A DNA stretch of 23,804 nucleotides from positions 1 to 23,804 of the forward strand of contig NW_021823689.1 in assembly GCF_006345805.1 (NCBI RefSeq), in the 5' to 3' direction. Within the stretch, counting starts at the first letter, position 1, and every line of letters begins with the position of its first letter. Below the pieces are notes generated by a model. It was not told where the DNA came from. It saw only the letters and a program-made list of their open reading frames with translations, and did not search any database. The DNA comes from Octopus sinensis (Eukaryota). Shown piece by piece: positions 1-8,930 of the stretch. The position numbers and the translations under genes are program-made.

Positions 1-399
1 TATGCACGCGCGTGTATTGAACACACACCACTACCCATCCACTGAAACACATTTGTGTTTGTTTTTGAGTGAATGCGTGTGTGTGAAGAATGTATTTCTC
101 TGTTTGTATGGAAGGCAGAGCGAGTAAGAACGAAGAAGAGAGTGGCAAAGAACAGGCAGGAGAATACATACGTATATATGTATTTATGTATACACATACA
201 CACACATCGTTGGCCATATATTTATTCTGTGCAGGAAACTAATCATGGATCTGTGATTATGAAATCTATACCCATAAGTTCCTATTCTTCATTGCAATAT
301 GTAGCAGTTTCTTCTTTCTCATAAGGTCGTGGTATTAATAGGCTTATCAGTGCGGTTTACCATTTGGAGGGTATATTCTATAAAGTTAGTTGTGCTTTT

Positions 400-640
400 C
401 ATAATTTTCGACTTCAAATTATTATTCTCGACTATACAAATCTTATCAGTAAGGCATAAACTACAATGTTCTTGGTCAGGCACAAAAACTGTTTCTGTTC
501 ATCACACGATTTATTCCAATAATGTTTTAAATACTTTCTGTATTTATTCTGATAACACAACTTTAAATGGTGCTTGTACTTACAATTTTCCTTCTGCAAA
601 TAATGTATTATCATCCACATTTACTTGATTTCCAATATTA
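400..640 (-). mobile_element. Degenerate Penelope-like element (PLE) GIY-YIG endonuclease C-terminal relic
   Basis: Minus strand 433-465 translates CSLCLTDKICI, matching the C-x-L-C-L-x-E-K-x-x-I motif at the end of PLE endonucleases. An upstream K*MW resembles SKYIW. Stops and frameshifts are present, and a hammerhead-like motif is adjacent. Confidence 0.5.
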
Positions 641-668
641 CTTTGGCCATGTGCTGCAAAGCTTATGC

Positions 669-708
669 TCCGCTGATGAGTTCAAAATAGGACCAAAACA
701 TGTCCGAT
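669..708 (+). ncRNA. Degenerate minimal type-I hammerhead ribozyme motif (PLE pLTR type)
   Basis: CTGATGA (673-679), helix II GTTC/GGAC, mutated GAAA box (CAAAAC), palindromic helix III ACATGT, GTC cleavage triplet, short helix I CG/CG. Confidence 0.5.
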
Positions 709-879
709 GTTTTCTTCCGTTCTCGTAAAAACAAATAAAAACAGATGAAACAAGAAATACAGTAAACAATAGGATTTACTAAATAAATACTGCTTTATCC
801 TCATTTTATATTATCATTTGTGCAAAAAAGTTATTGAAAAGATATACCCTGAGTCTCGATCTAGCAGAAGATCATAATC

Positions 880-1110
880 TTCTACAACTAATATATCTCT
901 ATTCAATATCCACAAGAAAAAAATGCAGAGAGCAAAGACAACACTCTACATTGTTTTCCTTGACGTCACGAAGGCTTTTGAGCTTGCGAGCATAGACGAT
1001 TGTTCAAAAATAAAAGTGTCATTCAATATTCGTTGTGGAGTACAACAGGGCTGTTTTCTCACGCTCACTCTCTTGGACATCTTTACTGTCATGCAACTGA
1101 CTTTATAATG
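880..1110 (+). mobile_element. Highly degenerate RTE-clade LINE reverse transcriptase relic
   Basis: KKCREQ followed after a frameshift by LYIVFLDVTKAFE and FNIRCGVQQGCFLTLTL. These match RTE RT motifs EKCREQ..LYxAFxDLxKAFD and GVxQGCxLxPTLF, with an internal deletion. Confidence 0.7.
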
Positions 1111-1313
1111 AATCTGTAGAATGGCTTTTCACTTACCCGCACCCATGAATACTTAAGCCATTACACCTAACCAAAGTTCTATAGCGCTAGTCAATACCAT
1201 TAAAGATTAACAGTAACTTGGTTCACAGAGTTGTCGATAAGAAACGAAGCTATGTCACCCAAAAACATATCTTTGCTTTCCAGAAACAGGTGATAGCTGC
1301 TAGATAATTGTGC

Positions 1314-1729
1314 GGATCTTTTCGGTTTGATCGGCAGTTTTTTCTAGCGGTGTCATATGAAATTGTCACCCATAATTATGACCCTAGTATCGATCTATTG
1401 CATTTCAATCTGTTTTAGGGTTAGGGTTAGGGGTGGGGGGAAGGGTATTTTTTTTCTTCAGAAATGTAAATAAACCCAATCTGTTTCTTAAACGAGGGAC
1501 ATATTCATACGGCCCAGAATGTTTTTTACCTCAATAGGCGTCAATGATTGATTGAAATTGCAGAAATTGAAGAAGAAAAACAACAAATATCTTACAAACT
1601 ATAGAATTTTCTCAATAAAGCCAAGAGAAAAAGATGTTTTATAAACACATTCCATCAGTATACGAAGTTTAAAATTTTTTAGTTACCTAGAAATTATGTT
1701 AAAAACTGCTGTTCAAACCGAAAAGATCC
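1314..1729. mobile_element. Non-autonomous DNA transposon (MITE) with GG...CC ends and 8-bp TSD, Merlin-like
   Basis: TIRs 1314-1342 and 1701-1729 (GGATCTTTTCGGTTTGA..., 27/29 match). Flanks AATTGTGC and AAGTGTGC (7/8). Internal (TTAGGG)3 at 1415-1432. The superfamily is inferred from the termini and TSD length only. Confidence 0.85.
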
Positions 1730-2647
1730 AAGTGTGCTTCTAAGCCTCCACATTGTTGCAGGAAATGTTGAGCTTTACCAATGTAGGAAATATACATCAC
1801 CTAAGTAATCAGCGACTATCCAAAAATGCTTGCGTGATACTACCTTAGTATGAGCAATCACACAGTAGCTAAAATCATCGGTGTTATCAACAAGAAGGGT
1901 TGCTTTGATGATCATAACAAACGCATACCTTTAGTATACACACACCTTTAAAAATTCCAGTACAAACGCATTAATCTAGATTTTGTTTTATGAGGCAAGG
2001 ACTATAAGTCATGTACTATTGTTGAGTTCAGCTGCATGGCGGGTGAGAATGCTTCGTTAAAAATTCAGGGTAAGAAAATCATCTATGAAGAACTAATAAG
2101 AAACTAATAGTTCTGGTACTCAGACTAGTTTTTCAATTGTACTTATTATTATATACAAAACTACAACAAATTTCATAAACACCGAGAAATGTTTATTTTG
2201 GTTATTGTAAGAAAGAGCAAATGAAACTGATATGCCTTCTCCAAAAACAAATACGGTAAGCGAAACTTTGTCCAAAGTGATTCCGCAGATTCTTCCCTTG
2301 AAACTCCTGGGCTTCACACAATCACACGTATAAACATATAAACATACAGACATACACATAAACAATAATGAAACGAACAACCCTCTCCATACACAAATGC
2401 AGACAGTTTGTTCTAACAAGCCTTGTTTAGGATTTTCCAGGTAGATCAGCATGTAGTATAGAGATGTGTAAATGTGTGTTAGTCTTGGCCATATCTACTT
2501 GAAGGTTCAATCTGTTAGGATGTAAACACTTTCTTGTCATCAATTTTCGCCCTGAAGAAATATCTACCTTCGTAATTGCGTAATGCAATTTTAATTTGTA
2601 AATTTGTAATTTGAATGAGATAGATATAGAAACAATTGAAGGCGTGA

Positions 2648-2745
2648 TATATATATATATATATTATATCTATATATATATATAATATATATATATATAT
2701 CTATATATATATAATATATCTATATATATATATATATTATATATA
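2648..2745. repeat. (TA)n microsatellite
   Basis: Direct inspection. Similar tracts lie at 3186-3299, 3531-3592, 3766-3786 and 4157-4175. Confidence 0.95.
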
Positions 2746-2833
2746 ATAAAATATTAGGGAATAAATCCAAACTTACAGGGCAAAAATCAGATTTAGGATT
2801 GAATCCAATTTTTAGTAAAATATATAAGTTATT

Positions 2834-3185
2834 AATTAGAGATAAAACCACTATTAGGCAAATCATACAATGAAAAACTTAGCCAATATATAAGATTAAT
2901 TAATTTATATTATTTAAAAATATATCAAAATTATTAAAAAAGATAATTAATATAACACTACGATCGTTTCATGGCTGTTCAATTCTTAAAATTTTCGAGT
3001 TACAGTCATTCTTCAGTGGTTAAATATTTAACTTGGCGAGGTTCAATCAATGAAGATCGTAGTGTTATATTAATTATCTTTTTAATAATTTTGATATATT
3101 TTTAAATAATATAAATTAATTAATCTTATGTATTGGCTTAAGTTTTCATTGTATGATTTTCCTAATAGTGGTTTTATCTCTAATT
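2834..3185. repeat. Fold-back inverted repeat (arms 2834-2965 and 3055-3185), probable PLE pLTR remnant
   Basis: Near-perfect reverse-complement arms of about 130 bp with an 89-bp spacer, flanked by (TA)n and overlapping a hammerhead motif. Confidence 0.85.
2956..3018 (-). ncRNA. Minimal type-I hammerhead-like motif
   Basis: Minus strand reads CA-CTGAAGA-ATGACTGT...ACAGCCAT (helix II, 7/8 bp)-GAAA-CGATCG-TA-GTG. Both core boxes are intact and helix III is palindromic (ACGATCGT). The helix I register is imperfect. Confidence 0.7.
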
Positions 3186-3219
3186 TATATATAATATATA
3201 TATATATATATATAATATA

Positions 3220-3293
<74 letters not shown>

Positions 3294-3331
3294 TATATCA
3301 TTGGAAGGTTTGGAGATGATGTACAAGTATT

Positions 3332-3530
3332 ATATATTAGAAGAAATGAGGTACTCAGAAGATCGGATGGTTTATATTTACAGAACTTAGTTTGATTTGA
3401 AAACCCCACTAGAATGGGAGAAAGTGCTAATGATCTAAGTGATATGATATATATATATAAAAAAATGTAATATCAAATAAATATCTGTCAATATAACCAT
3501 CCGATCTTCTGAGTACCTCATTTCTTCTAA

Positions 3531-3535
<5 letters not shown>
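3332..3535. repeat. Inverted repeat with perfect 41-bp arms (3332-3372 and 3495-3535) between (TA)n tracts
   Basis: ATATATTAGAAGAAATGAGGTACTCAGAAGATCGGATGGTT and its exact reverse complement; pairing extends inward imperfectly. Confidence 0.85.
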
Positions 3536-3578
<43 letters not shown>

Positions 3579-3589
3579 TATAATATATA

Positions 3590-3765
3590 ATAGCCTCTAA
3601 CACACATTTTTTGTCTCTCCTTGTTTTTTTCTGTGTCCCTTTCTGTAGAAGAGCGTAGGCTCGAAACGTGAAAGACGTTTTCTATTCCTGAGCGTTATAC
3701 TAATGCATCTGTTTGTTTTGTACACCACCTGCCTTCGTCTTTTGCTTTTTTTGTAAACTCTCCCT
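3590..3765 (+). mobile_element. Short non-coding repeat in (TA)n carrying a hammerhead-like motif at 3639-3674
   Basis: Close second copy at ~20425-20610 and a diverged relative at 21075-21275 (-). Motif: CTTT-CTGTAGA-A-GAGC-GTAG-GCTC-GAAA-CG-TG-AAAG. Confidence 0.7.
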
Positions 3766-3786
3766 ATATATATATATGTATAGATA

Positions 3787-4089
3787 TGGGGATGGTCATG
3801 TTGCCAGTTTAGCTAATGGAAACACGCGCACTATATATTTGGTGTTCACTTGGTTCAGCTTTATCTTATATTAATTGCATTTCGGCCAGAGTTCTTTCGT
3901 CACATGATCTCATCAGTAGTCCTTTGCTTTCTTCTTTCCTTTTTGTGTCTCTCCTTCCTAACGATCTGCCATTTTGTAAAATGGCAAACAAGGTTAACAG
4001 TAACATATAAAATAAAGCTGAAGCAAGTGAACACCAAATATATAGAGCGTGTGTTTTCATTGGCTAAACTGACAACATGACCATCCCCA
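3787..4089. mobile_element. Fold-back PLE pLTR remnant (85-bp arms 3787-3871 and 4005-4089) with hammerhead motif at 3886-3919 (-)
   Basis: Homologous to the 3' end of the PLE relic at 16915-17135. Minus strand reads CTA-CTGATGA-gatcatgtgac-GAAA-GAAC-TC-TGG. Confidence 0.8.
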
Positions 4090-4174
4090 AATACAACAAT
4101 ATCTGTTTCAATACACGAATTCACATCAAGAATCTTGCAAAATGGTTATATAAACGTATATATATATATATATA

Positions 4175-4463
4175 TCACCGTGACCGACCAGGCTATCAGA
4201 TGTTGCTACACATCGCTGGTCACAATGCACTTCGCATTGTTTTAGCCTTCAAATGACGCCACCCCGCTCGCTAAGCGAGCAGGCCAACAGAAGAAAGAGT
4301 GAGAGAAAGTTGGGGCGAAAGAGTACAGCAGGGATCGCCCCCACCCCCCTGCGGAGCCTCGTTGAGCTTTAGGTGTTTTCGTTCAATAAACACTCACAAC
4401 GCCCGGTCTGGGAATCGAAACCGCGATCCCACGACCGCGATTCCACTGCCCTAACCACTGGGC
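4175..4463 (-). mobile_element. tRNA-derived SINE, group B (tail type 1)
   Basis: tRNA-like head (CCCAGTGGTTAGGGCAG...GGTTTCGATTCCC). Body is shared with 5922-6222 and 13384-13729. Ends in (TA)n. Confidence 0.8.
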
Positions 4464-4604
4464 GTGTAAGTATAATGTTTGATGTAAATATATATTTCAA
4501 GACTAATTGTGTTTATCTGCTTTATTATGTCCCTATCAGTTCCAGTTGGATACCTCTTATAACCAGTCTTGAACACCGTGGGCCTTGCCTGGATGAAGCC
4601 GCAA

Positions 4605-4895
4605 TCTATATACACATATGCTTACATATACACACACATATGTATGTATATATGTATGCATATGTGCATAAATATTTGTATTTATCTATGTATGTGTGTG
4701 TGTGTGTGTGCATGCATGTACGTATGCATGTATATATGTATGTACGTACATACGTGTGTATGTATGTATGTACGCATGCATACATGTACGTACGTATGTA
4801 TGTACATATGTATGTATGTGTGTATGTGTATGCAAAAATTTAAGCACATATGTATTTGAGTACGTATGCATGCATACATTTATATGCATAATATA
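4605..4895. repeat. Compound (TATG)n/(CA)n microsatellite
   Basis: Direct inspection; explains the overlapping low-complexity ORFs. Confidence 0.95.
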
Positions 4896-5333
4896 TTATT
4901 TACACACAGTTTTATCTTGTACTTGGTGAACTCGCCCTATCTGCAGATAGAAATTCAAGCATGAATAAGTTATTAATATCTAAACTACGCCAAAAAAACC
5001 CAAAAAAAACCCCTCCTATTCCATCAAATAAAACAAAATTCTAAATGTTTAATTTTCCGAAGTACTTTGTGTATGAAAATCGATATAAATGAAGAAAATT
5101 TAATGATCTGGGTGCAGTTTTATGTTTTACGGGTTTATTGATTTTTATCGGCACATGTAGTAAAAGAATTTAAATGTGTTTATTGATATTTTATATATTG
5201 GAAAATGGATATTGGCTTCGATTTTATAGCCGCTGATTGCATTTTCGGTTTGTATTCTGCCTGATTTGCGTAGTTTCTCTACGGTTCCTTTCTACATTCT
5301 TCTTAAATTTTAATATTATTCACATCTAGAATG

Positions 5334-5781
5334 CGTCGAGCAGGTAGAATCGTTAAGCACGTCGGGCGAAATGCGTAGCCGTATTTCGACTGCCGTTACG
5401 TTCTGAGTTCAAATCCGCCGAGGTGACTTTGCCTTTCATCCTTTCGGGGTCGATTAATGTACCTTCCAGTGGGTCGTGATAATCGACTTCATCCGTTTGG
5501 TCTGTCCCTGTTTGTCTCCTCTGTGTTTAGAACCCCTTGTGTAGTATAGTTGTATTTAGGTACTCTCCTCGTTTGCCTTGAGGTATAAAGAAATAGGTAT
5601 TTCGTCTGCCGCTACGTTCTGAGTTCAAATTCCGCCGAGCTCGACTTTGCCTTTCATCCTTTCGGGGTCGATTAAATAAGTACCAGTTACGCAGTGGGGT
5701 CGATGTAATCGACTTCATCCGTTTGTCTGTCCTTGTTTGTCTCCTCTGTGTTTAGCCCCTTGTGGGTGGTAAAGAAATAGG
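5334..5781 (+). mobile_element. tRNA-SINE group A, dimeric copy
   Basis: Head with A-box-like and B-box (GAGTTCAAAT[T]CC) motifs, central GCCTTTCATCCTTTCGGGGTCGAT domain and tail CCCCTTGTGGG..AAAGAAATAGG. The second unit restarts at ~5597. Confidence 0.85.
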
Positions 5782-6300
5782 TCGAATTGTTAAGCACGTC
5801 GGGCTAAATGCTTAGCGGCATTTCGTCCATCTTTACGTTCTGAGATCAAATTCCACCAGGTTTGACTTTGCTTTTCATCATTTCGAGGCCGATAAAATAA
5901 GTACCAGGTGAGCACTGGAGTTGTTTCTCGAGCCATGGCTGGTTCATAAGGGTAGGTTTCCCGGTTTCTGTGGCGTATAGTTTCCCCACCTGGACAAGAC
6001 GCTAGTCCGTCGCAGGTGAGCTGCAAGATACAGGAGGAAAGAGTGAGAGAAAGTTATAGCGAAAGAGTCAGCAGAAGTTTGCCATTACCTTCTGCCGGAG
6101 CCGCGTGGAGCTTAGGTATTTCGCTCATAAACACACACACACACCGCCGAGTCTGAGATTCGAACCCCCCGATCCCTCGACCGCGAGTTCGCTGCTCTAA
6201 CCACTAGGCCATGTGCCTCCACTGAGCTTTGGAGTCGATATAATCGACTTAACCCCTCCTTGAAATTTCTGGCTTTGTGTCGAAATTTGAAACCAATATT
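5782..6300 (+). mobile_element. tRNA-SINE group A (alternative tail), interrupted by a group B SINE
   Basis: 5782-5921 continues at 6223-6300. The tail AAATTTCTGGC.TTGTG is shared with 20808-21022. Confidence 0.75.
5922..6222 (-). mobile_element. tRNA-derived SINE, group B (tail type 2), nested insertion
   Basis: Head GTGGAGGCACATGGCCTAGTGGTTAGAGCAGC...GGTTCGAATCTC. Degenerate 13-bp TSD TGAGCACTGGAGT (5909-5921) and TGAGCTTTGGAGT (6223-6235). Confidence 0.8.
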
Positions 6301-6942
6301 TTTCACATTCAGACTGCTTTGCAAGAATATAATAACTCCAGCAATATTTCATTAATGAAGTCATGTGACCTCATATGGTTTACCTTGCAACCGTTCAGGC
6401 AATGTCAGTTTGATGGAGGGAGTGAGCTAATGCACACCAGATACTTTTGATCATTATAAACAAATTATTTGCACAGGCTGTTCAGCAAGAAATTGCAGAA
6501 CCCTTATCTGTTCTTTATGACAGGCGAGTCTACCGCCATTTGGTGGTACCCGGCTCAAGAATGATGAACGTCGAAGTACACTTCGTTGAGATTTGAACAC
6601 AGTACGCGAAGAACCGTTGTAATTAAACGCCACAGGTATTTTTGTCATTAGCTCAGACGAGTCTGTAACATCGACATCAATTGTTTTGTACTTTCAAATA
6701 TCAAAATAATTGAAAAATAGCACATTTTAGTTCCGTCTGTCACGCCTGCGCGATTCACATCATAAAAACATTGCAGTCCCTAAATTTAAAGCAATCTTTA
6801 TCATTGACGCACGCAGCTTACGAGTCAAGCTAGTCTCTGATACTCCCATCCTACCGGTTCTAGAATACACACACACAGACACACATACATTCATATAAAC
6901 ATGTATGTGTATACTTGTATATACATAGGTGGATGGGTCTTT

Positions 6943-6946
6943 GTGT

Positions 6947-7002
<56 letters not shown>
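6943..7002. repeat. (GT)n microsatellite
   Basis: Direct inspection. Confidence 0.95.
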
Positions 7003-7003
<1 letters not shown>

Positions 7004-7088
7004 TATTACGAATCTATTACAAGTATTTGTATGCAGTGAGAGTGTACAGATAAACAGATAACGAGATAGAAAGATGAATGGATATATA

Positions 7089-8288
7089 TTAGGTTGTCAA
7101 GAAAGTTCTTGCGGTTTTTAACCTTTAAATTCAGATGCAAACAAAACTTTATTAATCGAAATAACCACCATCAGAATCAACGCAAAAGTTTCTTCATGCC
7201 AGTAGCGTAAAATTCCTGCGTTCTGGTGGCGATGAAGTCGTTGAAGGTGTATTTGACATCGTCTTGGTTTTTGAAGCATTTCTCACGCAGGAAGTTGTCC
7301 AGATGCTTGAAAAAGTGGTAGTCGGTAGGAGAGAGGTCTGGTGAGTGTAGCGGATGAGGCAGAGTTTCGTAGCCCAGTTCGTTCAACTTCTGCAGGGTCA
7401 GTTGTGCGACGTACTGCCGAGCGTTGTCGTGGAAGAGAATTGGTCCTTTTCTATTGACCAATGATGGTTGTTGTCGGAGTTTCTTTTGCATTTCATCCAT
7501 TTGCAGACATTACTTCTCCACCGTAATGATTTCGCATGGATCCAAAACGTTATGATGGATGAGACCAGCCACAGACCACCAAACAGTCACCATGACCTTC
7601 TTTTGGTGCAACTTTGGCTTCGGGAAGTGCCATGGAGCTTCGTCGGCGTCCAACCACTGAGCAGAGCGTCGCCGGTTGTCGCAAAGAATCCACTTTTCAT
7701 CGCAGGTCACAATCCGGTCGAGAAACGGGACGTTCTTGTTGCGTAAAAGAAGGGAAGACGACACTTCAAAACGGCGTTTTTGTTTTGGTTGTTCAATTCG
7801 CGCGGCGCCCACTTCTCAAGTATTTTTGTTTTTCCAATCTCTTTTACGTTACGTCTAATTCAGAAGCAAGCTCTCGAACAGTTGTGCGTGGATTGGCTTC
7901 GACTAAGGCTCTTAGTTGATCGCTGTCAACATCCGATGGCCGACCACTACGCTTATTATCTTCAAGACTCTCGTCACCGCTACGGAATTTCTTGAATCAC
8001 CATTGTGCTGCACGTTCATTAGTGGTTCCTGGGCCAAACGCATCGTTGATATCGCGAGCTGTTTCAGCAGCTTTTCGGCCTAGCTTGAACTGGAATAAAG
8101 TTGTATTCAACGTTACGGAAAAAATGGCCTAATTATTCAAAAAGAAAAAGAGGAACACGATTAGATAGAGCGAAAAACGGGCTTTAAAATGATATATAAA
8201 GTCAAAGTAATTTAACAAAAATTAATTTGAAAATACATAATTTAAAACCAAAATTAAAACTTCCGCAAGAACTTCCTTGGCAACCTAA
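7089..8288 (-). mobile_element. Tc1/mariner transposon, DD34D, cecropia/Hsmar1-like, defective
   Basis: TIRs 7089-7114 TTAGGTTGTCAAGAAAGTTCTTGCGG and 8263-8288 (24/26). TA duplications at 7087-7088 and 8289-8290. Length 1200 bp. Confidence 0.95.
7135..8095 (-). pseudogene. Mariner transposase pseudogene (frameshifts, stops, deletions)
   Basis: FQFKLGRKAAETARDINDAFGPG..QW*FKKFRSGDESLED..RSGRPS (HTH), WAPREL linker, [26 protein letters not shown], and HDNAR...HSPDLSPTDYHFF with 34 residues between the 2nd and 3rd catalytic D. Confidence 0.95.
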
Positions 8289-8294
8289 TATATA

Positions 8295-8585
8295 TATAAT
8301 ACAAATAAGAAAATGGAGAAACAAGTTTAGTTTGTTCATCAATTTACGGATATAATAATGTTATATTGTTTATTCATTTTACAAATGAGCACATCAAAAG
8401 CATACAAAATATTATATAAATCAATAGATAAGATAATAATACAAATACAGATTTTAAAAGTCATAGTATAAATTATTGAAATCCAGAAATTACTTCTTAC
8501 AGCTGTTTCAGCCTATGGTCAAAAGTGAATCCAATTTTCATTGCCTATTGATGTCAACATACTAGGGTTGTAGGCATTTAAAAAA
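8295..8585 (-). mobile_element. Probable PLE 3' tail with partial hammerhead motif (GAAACAGCTGTAAG at 8496-8509)
   Basis: GAAA, palindromic ACAGCTGT and a GTA triplet, with possible helix II GCCTA/TAGGC. The CTGANGA box is not recognisable. Abuts (TA)n. Confidence 0.4.
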
Positions 8586-8930
8586 ATATGATACTTATAT
8601 GTTAAAAGAACATGCATTTACCCAGGCAAAAGCATACACACGCATACATGCACACAAGCACGCGCGCGCGCACACGCATATTGATGCTTGGCTTTTAGAT
8701 AGTTTTATAGATTAAAAAACAAAGATTTGACAGTGTCTACAACTAACCGTCACGTTTTACGTATATTTTGTTAATGGTGGAATGAAACGTAGTAGATTTT
8801 CGGCAAACCTGTTTACTCTATGCATTCATGAATGATGACGTTTTTCATATATTTTCTTATATGATATATTACAGTACTGCTGTTTCGATTTTGTTCAATG
8901 AGATCTTTTGCTCGAAGCGGCTTGAATACA

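Noticed and set aside
1415-1432. (TTAGGG)3 as a true telomere or chromosome-fusion scar
   Set aside because: It is very short and lies inside a TIR-bounded element, so it is better explained as transposon cargo.
2548-2585. CCCTGAAGA...CCTTCGTAATTGCGTA as another hammerhead
   Set aside because: The GAAA box and helices I and II are too degenerate to support, although the position upstream of (TA)n is suggestive.
7135-8095. SETMAR-like domesticated gene
   Set aside because: No SET domain exons, multiple disabling mutations, and intact TIRs and TSD mark it as an ordinary dead transposon copy.
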